Source of the DNA: Chiloscyllium plagiosum
Lineage: Eukaryota
NCBI RefSeq assembly: GCF_004010195.1
Contig: NC_057754.1
Coordinates: 11,703,950 to 11,738,695 of the forward strand
DNA: 34,746 nt
Reading direction: 5' to 3'
Below are positions 11,350-21,964 of this stretch, in pieces. Below the pieces are notes generated by a model. The model was not told the origin of the DNA and did no database searches. It was given only the letters and a program-made list of their open reading frames with translations. The first letter of the stretch is position 1, and each line of letters opens with the position of its first letter. A program made the position numbers and the translations under genes.

Positions 11350-12160
11350 ATGAGGTGAGGAAGGAGCGGGGAGGGTGCGAGCAGGGAGGGCAGGCAAGGG
11401 AGGGGTGAGCAGGGTGGACAGGCGTGGGAGAGGGCGAGCAGGGTGGGCAGGCGTGGGAGGGGACACTCTAGGAGAGGAGGAGAGGGAGTGGCATGCGAGG
11501 AGGGGAGGGGCAGGAGGGGGTCAGCTATGAAGGGCTAGCGGGAGGGCGTGGAGGAGGACTGGAGGGGGCGACCGGGGAGGGGAGGAGCAGGAGGGTGGTG
11601 AGTGAGAAGGTGAGCGAGGAGGGAAGGTTCTGAAGGGGGCGAGCGAGGAGGGAAGGCATGTGAGGAGGCGTGGCGTGGTAGGAGGCAAGTGAGGGTCANN
11701 NNNNNNNNNNNNNNNNNNNNNNNNNNNNNNNNNNNNNNNNNNNNNNNNNNNNNNNNNNNNNNNNNNNNNNNNNNNNNNNNNNNNNNNNNNNNNNNNNNNN
11801 NNNNNNNNNNNNNNNNNNNNNNNNNNNNNNNNNNNNNNNNNNNNNNNNNNNNNNNNNNNNNNNNNNNNNNNNNNNNNNNNNNNNNNNNNNNNNNNNNNNN
11901 NNNNNNNNNNNNNNNNNNNNNNNNNNNNNNNNNNNNNNNNNNNNNNNNNNNNNNNNNNNNNNNNNNNNNNNNNNNNNNNNNNNNNNNNNNNNNNNNNNNN
12001 NNNNNNNNNNNNNNNNNNNNNNNNNNNNNNNNNNNNNNNNNNNNNNNNNNNNNNNAGGAGGGGTGGGTAGATGGCGAAGCTGCGGCAAAGGTGAGGACAT
12101 TGGGCGGGCAATGGTCTGAAGGTAGGGAGAGTGGCGGGGGCGAGATGGGGCAGGGAGCAG
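11350..12160 (+). repeat. G/A-rich low-complexity tract with a ~29-bp imperfect tandem repeat; contains gap 11699-12055
   Basis: About three GAGCAGGGTGGRCAGGCGTGGGAG-like units at ~11379-11459; dense GGG runs. Confidence 0.85.
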
Positions 12161-12444
12161 CGAGACAAACAAAGGATCATCGGTTCCTGAGTTAACTTCC
12201 AAGCTTGGTCTCAAAAACAAACAACTCATTCATTCTTTTGATCACCAGCTGCTGCTCAGTCAAAAGCCATTTGTTCAGCTCTCAGATTCAAAACGAAAAT
12301 ATTTTTAAAATCTGCAAGTTTTTTGACAACGCACAGTGGAAAAACCTTTAACCAGTGACACAGATTGAGTTAGTGGGGCAGTATTGATTGGAGTTGAGAA
12401 CAATGAGAGGTGGTCTCATTGAAGCAAATTAGATTCTGAAGGGT

Positions 12445-14326
12445 CTTCGGAAGCCAGGGAAGTGATTGCTGGGCTCCTTCTTGTGATGTTTGTGTCATCG
12501 ATAGTCACAGGTGAGGGGCCAGGAGACTGTAGGTTGGCTGAAGTGGTTCCACAATTTAAGAAAGATGGTAAGGAAAAGCCAGTGAACTCTCGGCTGGTGA
12601 GCCTGACATCGGTGGTGGGCAGACTGTTGGAGGGAATCCTGACAGACAGGATTTACTTGCATTTAGAAAGGCAAGGACTGATTTGGGTTAGTCAACGTGG
12701 TTTTGTGCATGGAAAATCATGTCTCACGAACTTGACTGAATTTTTTTAAGTAGTTTCGCGGAGCGCTGACCAGTGGACATATCTATATGGTCTAGGAGAA
12801 ACTGAGGACTGCAGATGTGAAGATCAGAGTCAAATGTGTGGCGCTGGAAAAAAACAGGTCAGGCAGCATCCGAGGAGCGGGTGAGTCGATGTTTCGAGCA
12901 GAACCCTTCATCAGGAGTGTGGGTACCTTCCCTTGCCATTACAAGAGGTATAAAACCTGCACCTACACCTACCACTCCTCACCTCCATTCAAGGCCCCAT
13001 TTTCCTGCACATCTGAACACCTCACCTACTGTGTCTGTTGGTTTTTATTTGGTTTCCTCTACATCAGGGAGACAAGAAGCCAATTTGTGGAATTCACAGA
13101 ACATCTCCAGAACACATGCACAAAACAACCCCACCATCATGTGGCTGACCACCTCAACTCCCCCTCCCACTCTACTAAGGACAGACAAGTTGCAGGCGCC
13201 TTCACCACCAAATCCTAGCCACCAAAACCTGGAGAAAGAACACTTCATCTTCTGCCTTGGGATCCTCCAACCACATGGAATCAATGTCAATTTCACCAGT
13301 TTCATCTCCTCTCCCCCAGCTTATCCCAGGTCCAGCCCCCACCAACTCAGCATCATCCTCTTGAACTGTCCTACCCGTCCATCTTCCTTCCCACCCATCT
13401 ACTCCACTCTATCACCATCACACCCCACCTTCATCTACCTATCTTCTCCCCAGCTCCACTCCCCTCCCATTCATCACACACCACCCCCTATAGTCCTGGT
13501 GAAGTGCTTATGCCCAAATTGTTAAGTTTCCTGCTCCTCGGATGCTGTCTGACCTGCTGTGATCTATATGGACTTCAGTAAGATGTTCGACAATGTTCCT
13601 CATGGTAGACTGGTTAGCAAGGTTAGATCTCATGGAATACAGGGAGAACTAGCCATTTGGATACAGAGCTGGCTTGAAGGTAGAAGACAGAGAGTGGTGG
13701 TGGAGGGTTGCGTTTCAGAATGTAAGCCTGTGACCAGTGGTGTGCCACAAAGATTGGTGCTGGATCCATTACTTTTTGCCATTTATATAAACAATTTGAA
13801 TGTGAACGTAGGAGGAATGGTTAGTAAGTTTGCAGATGACACTAAAATTGGAGGTGTAGTGGACAGCGAATGAAGGTACCTCAGCATACAACAGGAGCTT
13901 GATCAGATGGGCCAATGGGCTGAGGAGTGGCAGATGGAGTTTAATTTAGATAAATATGATGTGTGCCATTTTGGAAAGGCAAATCAGGGCAGGACATTTA
14001 CACTTAATGGTAAGGTCCTGGGGAGTCTTGCTGAACAAAGAGACCTTAGAGTTCAGGTTCATAGTCCTTGAAAGTGGAGTCACAAGTAAATAGGATAGTG
14101 AAGAAGGCATTAGGTCTGCTTTCTTTCATTGGACAGAGTATTGAATATAGGAGTTTACAGGTTATGTTGCGGTGTACAGGACATTGGGTAGGCCACTTTT
14201 AGAATATTGTGTGCAATTTTGGTCTCCCTCCTACTGGAAGGAAATTGTGAAACATGATAGAGTTCAGAAAAGATTCACAAGGAGGTTGCCAGGGTTGGAG
14301 GGTTTGAGCTATAGGGAGAGGCTGAA
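12445..14326 (+). mobile_element. CR1-clade LINE RT fragment interrupted by a Penelope-like element
   Basis: SQRGFVHGKSCLTNLTEFF, then IYMDFSKMFDNVPH and VSKFADDTKIGGVVDSE after the insertion. Confidence 0.92.
12791..13561 (+). mobile_element. Truncated Penelope-like element: inverted terminal repeat, GIY-YIG endonuclease remnant, direct terminal repeat
   Basis: FSCTSEHLTYCVC...FLYIRETR...EHL...HVADHLNSPSHS. Hammerhead motif on the minus strand at 12886-12916 and a decayed one on the plus strand near 13494. Perfect 10-bp duplication ATCTATATGG at 12781-12790 and 13562-13571. Confidence 0.88.
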
Positions 14327-14680
14327 TAGACAATAGGTGCAGAAGTAGGCCATTCAGCCCTTCGAGCTAGCACCACCATTCATTATGATCATGGCTGATC
14401 ACCCACAATCAGTATCCTGTTCCAGTCTTATCCCTTGATTTCACTATCTTTCAGAGCTCCATCCATCTCTTTCTTAAAAGTATCGAGAGACTTGGCCTCC
14501 ACTGCCTTCTGGGGCAGAGCATTCCATATATCCACCACTCTCTGGGTGAAGAAGTTTCTCCTCAACTCTGTTCTAAATGGCCGACCCCTTATTTTTAAAC
14601 TATGCCCTCTGATTCTGGATTCACCCATCAGCGGAATCATTCTTCCTGCCTCCACAATGTCCAATCCTTTACAAATCTTA
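14327..14680 (-). mobile_element. CR1-type LINE 3' end
   Basis: RGHSLKIRGRPFRTELRRNFFTQRVVDIWNALP, the canonical CR1 ORF2 C-terminus, plus 3' UTR. Confidence 0.9.
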
Positions 14681-14682
14681 AG

Positions 14683-16800
14683 GATAGACCAGATCTAAAA
14701 GTTGAAGTTCTAAATTGGAGAAAGGTCAGTTTTGATGGTATTAGGCAAGAACTTTCGAAAGCTGATTGGGGGCAGATGTTCACAGGTAAAGTGATGGCTG
14801 AAAAATGGGAAGCCTTCAGAAATGAGATAATGAGAATCCAGAGAAAGTATATTCCTGTTAGGGTGAGAGGGGAGGCTGGTAGGCATAACGAATGCTGGAT
14901 GACTAAAGAAATTGAGGGTTTGGTTAAGAAAAAGAAGGAAGCATATGTCAGGTATAGACAGGATAGATCAAGTGAATCCTTAAGAGTATAAAGGAAGTAG
15001 GAGTATATTTAAGAGGGAAATCAGGAGCGCAAAAAGGGGACATGAGATACCTTTGGCAAATAGAATTAAGGAGAATCCAAAGACTTTTTACAAATACATT
15101 AAGGACAAAAGCGTAACTAAGGAGAAAATAGGGCCCCTCAAAGATCAGGAAGGAAGCCTTTGTGTGTAGCCGCAGAAAATGGGGGAAGTACTAAATGAGT
15201 ATTTTGCATCAGTATTTACTGTGGAAAAGGATGTGGAAAATATAGATTGTAGGAAAATAGATGGTGACATCTTGCAAAATGTCCATATTGCAGAGGAGGA
15301 AGTGCTGGATGTCTTGAAATGCATAATGGTGGATAAATCCCCAGGACCTGATCAGGTGTACCCCAGAACTCTGTGCGAAGATAGAGAAGTGATTGCTGGG
15401 CCTCTTGCTGAGATATTTGTATCATCGATAGTCAGAGGTGAGGTGCCGGAAGACTGGAGGTTGGCTAAGGTGATGCCACTATTTAAGAAGGGCAGTAAAG
15501 ACAAACCAGGAAACTATGGACCAGTGAGCCTGACGTCAGTGGTGGGCAAGTTGTTGGAGGGAATCCTGAGGGACAGGATGTACATNNNNNNNNNNNNNNN
15601 NNNNNNNNNNNNNNNNNNNNNNNNNNNNNNNNNNNNNNNNNNNNNNNNNNNNNNNNNNNNNNNNNNNNNNNNNNNNNNNNNNNNNNNNNNNNNNNNNNNN
15701 NNNNNNNNNNNNNNNNNNNNNNNNNNNNNNNNNNNNNNNNNNNNNNNNNNNNNNNNNNNNNNNNNNNNNNNNNNNNNNNNNNNNNNNNNNNNNNNNNNNN
15801 NNNNNNNNNNNNNNNNNNNNNNNNNNNNNNNNNNNNNNNNNNNNNNNNNNNNNNNNNNNNNNNNNNNNNNNNNNNNNNNNNNNNNNNNNNNNNNNNNNNN
15901 NNNNNNNNNNNNNNNNNNNNNNNNNNNNNNNNNNNNNNNNNNNNNNNNNNNNNNNNNNNNNNNNNNNNNNNNNNNNNNNNNNNNNNNNNNNNNNNNNNNN
16001 NNNNNNNNNNNNNNNNNNNNNNNNNNNNNNNNNNNNNNNNNNNNNNNNNNNNNNNNNNNNNNNNNNNNNNNNNNNNNNNNNNNNNNNNNNNNNNNNNNNN
16101 NNNNNNNNNNNNNNNNNNNNNNNNNNNNNNNNNNNNNNNNNNNNNNNNNNNNNNNNNNNNNACTTAATGGTAAGGTCCTAGGGAGTGTTGCTGAACAAAG
16201 ATACCTTGGAGTGCAGGTTCATAGCTCCTTGAAAGTAGAGTCGCAGGTAGATAGGATAGTGAAGGCGGTGTTTGGTATGCTTTACTTTATTGGTCAGAGT
16301 ATTGAGTACAGGAGGTGGGAGGTCATATTGCAGCTGTACAGGATATTGGTTAGGCCATTGTTGGAATATCGGAAAGTTGTTGTGAAACTTCAAAGGGTTC
16401 AGAAAAGATTTACAAGGATGTTGCCAGGGTTGGAGGATTTGAGCTATAGGGAGAGACTGAACAGTCTGGGGCTGTTTTGCCTGGAGCGTCGAAGGTGGAG
16501 GGATGACCTTATAGAGGTTTGTAAAATTATGAGGGGCATGGATAGGGTAAATAGGCAAAGTCTTTTCCCTGGGGTCCGGGGGTCTAGAATTAGAGGCCGT
16601 AGGTTTGACGTGAGAGGGGAAAGATATAAGAGACCTACGGGGCAACTTTTTCACACAGAGAGTGGTACATGTATGGAATAAGCTGCCAGAGGAAGTGGTG
16701 GTGGCTGGTACAATTGCAACATTTAAGAGGCATTTGGATGGGTATGGGAATAGGAAGGGTTTGGAGGGATATGGGCCGAGTGCTGGCAGGTGGGACTAGA
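14683..16800 (+). mobile_element. CR1-clade LINE ORF2 (relatively young); contains gap 15586-16161
   Basis: LNEYFASVFT, DKSPGPDQVYPR, VSLTSVVGKLLEGIL and LVRPLLEY; a few stops and frameshifts. Confidence 0.93.
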
Positions 16801-17110
16801 TCCCCTCTTATCCTTCTCAACTCAAGTGTATACAAGCCCAGTCACTCCAATCTTCACCATATGATAGTCCCACCATTCCGGGAGTTGACCTTGTGAACCT
16901 ACGCTGCACTCCCTCAATAGCCACAATGTGCTTCCTCAAAATTGGAGACCAAAACTGCACACAATACTCCAGGTGCAGTGTCACCAGGGCCCTGTACAGC
17001 TGCCGAAGGACCTCTTTGCTCCTATACTCAATTCTTCTTGTTATGAAGGCCAGCATGCCATTAACTTTCTTCAGTGCCTGCTGTACCTGCATGCTTGTTT
17101 TCATTGACTG
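16801..17110 (-). mobile_element. CR1 ORF2 internal fragment in the opposite orientation
   Basis: LYRALVTLHLEYCVQFWSP in ORF 16817-17104(-). Confidence 0.85.
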
Positions 17111-17798
17111 AGGCTGGGGCTGTTTTCCCTGGAGTGTTGGAGGCTGAGGAGTGATCTTACAAAGGCATGTAAAATCATGAGAGGCATGGATGGATAAATA
17201 GACAAGGTCTTTTCCCTGGGATCGGGGAGCCCAGAACTAGAAAACATGGGTTTAGGGTGAGAGGGGAAAAAATTCAAAGGGACCTAGGGCAACTTTTTCC
17301 ACGCAGACGTGGTACAAATATGGAATGAGCTGCCAGAGGAAGTGGTGGAAGCTGGTACAATTAGAACATTTAAAAGGCATTTGGATAGGTATGTAAATAG
17401 GAAGGGTTTAGAGGGATGCGGGCCAAATGGGACTAGATTAGGTTAGGTTAGGATGTCCGGTTGGAATGGAGGAATTGGACCGAAGGGTCTGTTTTTGTGA
17501 TATATGATTAGATTAGATTACTTACAGTGTGGAAACAGGCCCATCGGCCCAACAAGTCCACACCGACCCGCCGAAGCGAAACCCACCCATACCCCTACAT
17601 TTACCCCCTACCTAACACTATGGGCAATTTAGCATGGCCAATTCACCTGACCTGCACATTTTTGGAATGTGGGAGGAAACCGGAGACCCGGAGGAAACCC
17701 ACGCAGACACGGGGAGAACGTGCAAACTCCACACAGTCAGTCGCCTGAGGCTGGAATTGAACCCGGGTCATATATCTCTATGACTCTGACTGTATGAC
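17111..17798 (+). mobile_element. CR1 3' end with a SINE inserted in its tail
   Basis: Homologous to 16465-16800. The 3' UTR includes TTGGACCGAAGGGTCTGTTT; the tail CTATGACTCTGACT resumes after 17770. Confidence 0.85.
17508..17770 (-). mobile_element. HE1/V-SINE-like element lacking its 5' end (A-box region)
   Basis: (TTAGA)n tail, V core and B box; ends just past the B box. Confidence 0.9.
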
Positions 17799-17799
17799 A

Positions 17800-18105
17800 G
17801 GATAAATTTTGAACTGATGCTCCCCCTCATGGAAGAGTCTAGGACCAGAAAGCATCATCTCGGAATAAAGGGACACCAATTTGAAACTGAGATGAGGATT
17901 TTCTGTTCTATTGTAAGAGTTGGAGCTCCTTACCATTGAGCTGTGGGGCAGAGTTCTTGTGAATATCTCAGGCTGAGATAGCCAGATTCTTGATCAGTAG
18001 TGGAATCAAAGATTACAGGAAAAATGCTGGAAAGCGGACTTGAAGAATGTCAATCATACTGAATAGTGAAACAGGCCTACTCCTCTTCCTAATACATAAA
18101 GTCTT
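17800..18105 (+). mobile_element. Old CR1-type 3' end
   Basis: Degenerate similarity to the reverse complement of 14327-14680. Confidence 0.6.
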
Positions 18106-18181
18106 CCAGTAGTCTGTAGGAAGAGTTGCAACCAGTTAGACAGCCTGAGAGGGAGTGAACTGACTGTGGAAAGTACTTTAA

Positions 18182-18928
18182 CATAGACTGAAATAAAATG
18201 GAAACAGACCCTTCGGTTCAACTTATCCATGCTGATCAGATATTCTAACCTAATCTAGTCCCATTTGCCAGCATTTGATTGCTTCATTCCTGATGAAGGG
18301 CTTTTGCCTGAAACGTCGATCTTCCTGCTCCTCGGATACTCCCTGACCTGCTGTGCTTTTCCAGCACCACTCTAGTCTAGACCCCTACATCTCTCTAAAG
18401 CCTTCCTATTCATATACCTATCCATATGCCTTTTAAATGCTGCAATTGTACCAGCTTCCACTACTTTTTCTGGCAGCTCATTTCATACATGTATAACCCT
18501 CAGCATGAAAGGATTGCCCCTTAGGTCCCTTTTATATCTTTCTCCTTTGACCCTAAACCTATGTCCTCTAGTTCTACACTCACCCCAGGGAAAAGACCTT
18601 CTCTAATTATCCTATCCATGCCCCTCATGATTCTATAAACCTCTATGAGGTCACTCCTCAGACTCCGGCATTCCAGGGAAAACAGCCCCAGCTTATTCAG
18701 CCTCTCCCAATAGCTCAAATCCTCCAAATCTGGCAACATCCTTGTAAATATTTTCTGAACCATTTCAAGTTCCACGACATCCTTCCGATAGGAAGGAGAC
18801 CAGAATTACAAGCAATATTCCAAAAGTGGCCTAATCAACAACCTGTAAAGCTGCAATATGACCTCCCAACTCCAATACTCTGACCAATAAAGGAAAGCAT
18901 ACCAAATGCCTTCTTCACTATCTTATCT
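18182..18928 (-). mobile_element. CR1 3' portion
   Basis: LEMVQKIFTRMLPDLEDLSYWERLNKLGLFSLE, plus 3' UTR. Confidence 0.88.
18280..18381 (+). mobile_element. Solo Penelope-like terminal repeat (family 1) with a hammerhead motif at 18288-18319
   Basis: TC-CTGATGA-A-GGGC-tttt-GCCT-GAAA-CG-TC-GA followed by CTGACCTGCTGTGCTTTTCCAGCACCAC. Confidence 0.8.
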
Positions 18929-19777
18929 TCAGTTTACAGAAACAATATGGATGTTCTTTCCATTGGATTAGAATTTATTTGATCATCCAGACAGCAGAGA
19001 CAGAGATCCCTACACTATGGAGATCCTGTGGAAATATCAGGACAATGACAGGGATACAGTTACCCACCTGAGCTGACCACCCAATGGTGCAGTCACACCA
19101 GGGTCAGACAATTTCTCTGCTCCACGTGCAGGAAGAATTCAGTCAGACATTTAGGTGCTGAGAGCCCTGTTAAGTTTACAGGGAGTTACAGGAGTTGGAT
19201 TCTGTGGGATTGCTGCTTTTTATCCCACCCACCTTCATCTTCCCTTCATATTGGCCTTTTCCTGCAGTAAGTGTACAAACCAGCAGAGCCGCACATGCAG
19301 ATTTTGGCTCAGAATGGTTGGGGGGGGTGGAAAGAGTGTGGGCTACGCATGGTCACGCCCACTCACGGTCACATCACGACATTGGCGGACACCCACCAAA
19401 AACAAAGACTAACGGCCGTTAAACGGGGCCTGTTTCAGGAGGAGGCCCGAGGACTCCGCTGCACCAGAACACTCAGGTTTGGGGATTGCGACCTCAACTC
19501 CACAATTATGAATTATACTTTCCAGAATGTTTCTCCGACAGCTGCCTACTTTAACCTTTGCCTACTTTAACCTTTACCTACCACCCATGGAATGTGATAA
19601 ACTTCCAACCGTCACAGACATGTTCGATATCCCAATCAGCTGTGCGCATGCTCCACTCTGCCACCCGCCTGATTGACGGCGCAGAGCCAATAGGAAGCAA
19701 GAGGCGGGATAGGAGCTGCCGGCCATCCATTCAGAGTGAGCGAGGGACTCACCCTAACCAATCAACGATTATGGGGC

Positions 19778-19914
19778 TCTGGATTAGTTCTGCTGGAAGA
19801 GCACAGCAGTTCAGGCAGCATCCAAGGATTTATTCCTGATGAAGGGCTTTTGCCCGAAACGTCGATTTCGCTGCTCCTTGGATGCTGCCTGAACTGCTAC
19901 GCTCTTCCAGCACT
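19778..19914. mobile_element. Foldback Penelope-derived cassette enclosing a perfect hammerhead motif
   Basis: Arms TGCTGGAAGAGCACAGCAGTTCAGGCAGCATCCAAGGA and TCCTTGGATGCTGCCTGAACTGCTACGCTCTTCCAGCA. 17-bp duplication ATCAACGATTATGGGGC (19761-19777) and ATCAATGATTATGGGGC (19915-19931). Confidence 0.88.
19834..19865 (+). ncRNA. Minimal (short stem III) hammerhead ribozyme motif, intact core
   Basis: TC-CTGATGA-A-GGGC-tttt-GCCC-GAAA-CG-TC-GA; predicted cleavage after GUC. Confidence 0.78.
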
Positions 19915-20059
19915 ATCAATGATTATGGGGCGGTCTAGCGCTTTAACCTATCGGAGAGAGTGAGGGGCGGGATTAGTCCTACAACTAATCAGTGAAAGAG
20001 GAGGCGGGTCTGGAGCCAGAACTTGGTCCTGGACTGAAAGGCGAAAGTGGGTCCTGAAG

Positions 20060-20150
20060 GTTAGAGTGGTGCTGGAAAAGCACAGCAGGTATGGCATCAT
20101 CCGAGGAGGAGGAAAATCGACGTTTCGGGCAAAAGCCCTTCATCAGGAAT
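20060..20150 (-). mobile_element. Solo Penelope-like terminal repeat with an intact hammerhead motif (20117-20148, minus strand)
   Basis: TCGACGTTTCGGGCAAAAGCCCTTCATCAGGA is the exact reverse complement of 19834-19865. Confidence 0.82.
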
Positions 20151-20309
20151 GAGGCGGGACTGGGAGGGCATTGTTCTCACAATGTTTCTGCAGCACATTC
20201 AATGGAAGCATTTTCAGATAGTCAAATCCAAGCAGATCTCACAGCAAAGTCGAATAAAGACACTCCCCGTTCACGAACTCCTCAATATCATCGGCCTTTC
20301 ATCGTGCAA

Positions 20310-21300
20310 TGTAAAAGAATAATGCACAGAGGGGTACAGGCCCTTCCGCTTCCCCTAAACCTGCAACTACATTATTTAACCTTCCATACTGAAACTGTCT
20401 GCACTTACAGGATCCAAAGCTCACTGCTGCCTTTCTTTTCATGTATTCGTCCAGGTGTTCCTTGAATGCCTCCGTTGTGTCTGCTTCCGCCGCTTCCGCC
20501 GCTTCCTCTGTCAACACATTCCAGGCATTCACCACCTTTTGTGTGAAAAAACCTGCCTCACGTATATCTTTTAAACATCCTCTCTATTCCTGTACATTGA
20601 ACCTCTGTCCCCTGGTAATTGACCCCTCCACCCTGGGAAAAAGCCTCATACCTTCCACTCTATCCATGCCATTCACAATCTTATAAACTTTTATCAGGTC
20701 ACCCCTCAATCTCCTGTGTTGTAGTGAAAGCAAACCCAGTCCACCCAACCGTCATTCATAGCTAAAATACCCCATATCAGGCAATATCCTAGTAAACCCT
20801 TTTCCAAAGAATCCACATCTTTATGGTAGTGTATGCAATATTCAAAGGGTGGCCTAACTAAAGTTCTATAAAGCTGCTGCATAACTTGCCAATCTTTATA
20901 CTCAATGCCCCTTCCAGTGAAGTTAAAAATCACACAACATCAAGTTATAGTCCAACGGGTTTATTTGGAAGTACAAGCTTTCTGAGTGCTGCCCCTTTGT
21001 CAGGTAGTTGATGTAGGATCAGCGCTCTGAAAGCTTGTACTTCCAAATAAACCTGTTGGATTATAGCCTGGTGTTGGGTGATTTTTAATTTTGTCAACCA
21101 GCAACTCTACATCATGCCTTCCAATGAAAGCAAGCATGCCATTGGCCATTTCTACTAGCTTATGTACGTGCATTGCCACTTTTAGTGATCTGTGGACTTG
21201 CACACTCAGATCCCTGTGCTGATCAATACATATAAAGGTTCTGCCATTGACTGAACAATGTCCACCTGTAGTTGACCTTCCAAAGTGCATCATCTCACAT
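20310..21300 (-). mobile_element. CR1 3' portion interrupted at 20922-21116
   Basis: QLYRTLVRPPFEYC, VNAWNVL and EMMHFGRS on the minus strand. Confidence 0.85.
20922..21116. mobile_element. Foldback cassette, Penelope-like family 2
   Basis: Arms GTTAAAAATCACACAACATCAAGTTATAGTCCAACGGGTTTATTTGGAAGTACAAGCTTTC and its near reverse complement. Duplication CCTTCCAGTGAA (20910-20921) and CCTTCCAATGAA (21117-21128). Confidence 0.82.
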
Positions 21301-21641
21301 GTGTCCGGTAAATGGGCCTGTTTCATGAATGCCAACTTTCTATGTAGCAACAGAGTCTCTCTAATTCCCCTGCTTTCCTCCCAAAACTCTGCAAGTTTAT
21401 TTCTCTAAAAAAGGAAATTAGATGAGCATTTTAAGTCATTGGTTCTCCTCGGTTCCACCCGTAAGGTGAGAGGTCTGGGTAGGACCACTCATTCTGGAAA
21501 AGAAAGCTTTATTCCACCTGTGGTTTTGTAAAATGTTGTGCATAATACATACCCCAACATTTTAGAATTTACATAAATCCCTTAAATGAGGGGATTGAAG
21601 GCATAGTAACTAAAGATGGATTTAAGAAACCTAGGTTATTG

Positions 21642-21959
21642 GATTAGATTAGATTACATACAGTGTGGAAACAGGCCCTTCGGCCCAACAAGTCCACACC
21701 GCCCCGCCGAAGCGCAACCCACCCATACCCCCCTACATTTACCCCTTACCTAACACTACGGGCAATTTAGCATGGCCAATTCACCTGACCTGCACATCTT
21801 TGGACTGTGGGAGAAAACCGGAGCACCCGGAGGAAACCCACGCAGACACGGGGAGAACGTGCAAACTCCATACAGTCAGTCGCCTGAGGCGGGAATTGAA
21901 TCTGGGTCTCTGGCGCTGTGAGGCAGCAGTGCTAACCACTGTGCCACCGTGCCGCCCAC
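21642..21959 (-). mobile_element. HE1/V-SINE-like element, full length and young (CpGs retained)
   Basis: The minus strand starts GTGGGCGGCACGGTGGCACAGTGGTTAGC; V core and (AATCT)n tail present. Confidence 0.94.
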
Positions 21960-21964
21960 CACGA

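Larger units (their letters stand above)
19600..20170. promoter_or_regulatory. CpG-enriched promoter-like region with repeated CCAAT and GC-box modules and an NRF1-like site
   Basis: CCCAATC (~19631), TGCGCATGC (19643-19651), GCCAATAG..GAGGCGGGA (~19686-19709), ACCAATC..GGGGCGG, GAGGGGCGGGA (~19961), GGAGGCGGG (~20000) and GAGGCGGGA (20151). CpG density is visibly higher than in the flanks. Confidence 0.7.

Noticed and set aside
19026..19067. Minus-strand donor/acceptor pair
   Set aside because: The implied 42-nt intron is too short to be plausible in a vertebrate.
19155..19963. Several 75-99 aa ORFs near the promoter island
   Set aside because: No recognisable domains; expected by chance in GC-richer DNA, and partly derived from the Penelope cassette.
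20483..20506. GCTTCCGCC repeated
   Set aside because: Trivial 9-bp slippage inside a dead LINE.
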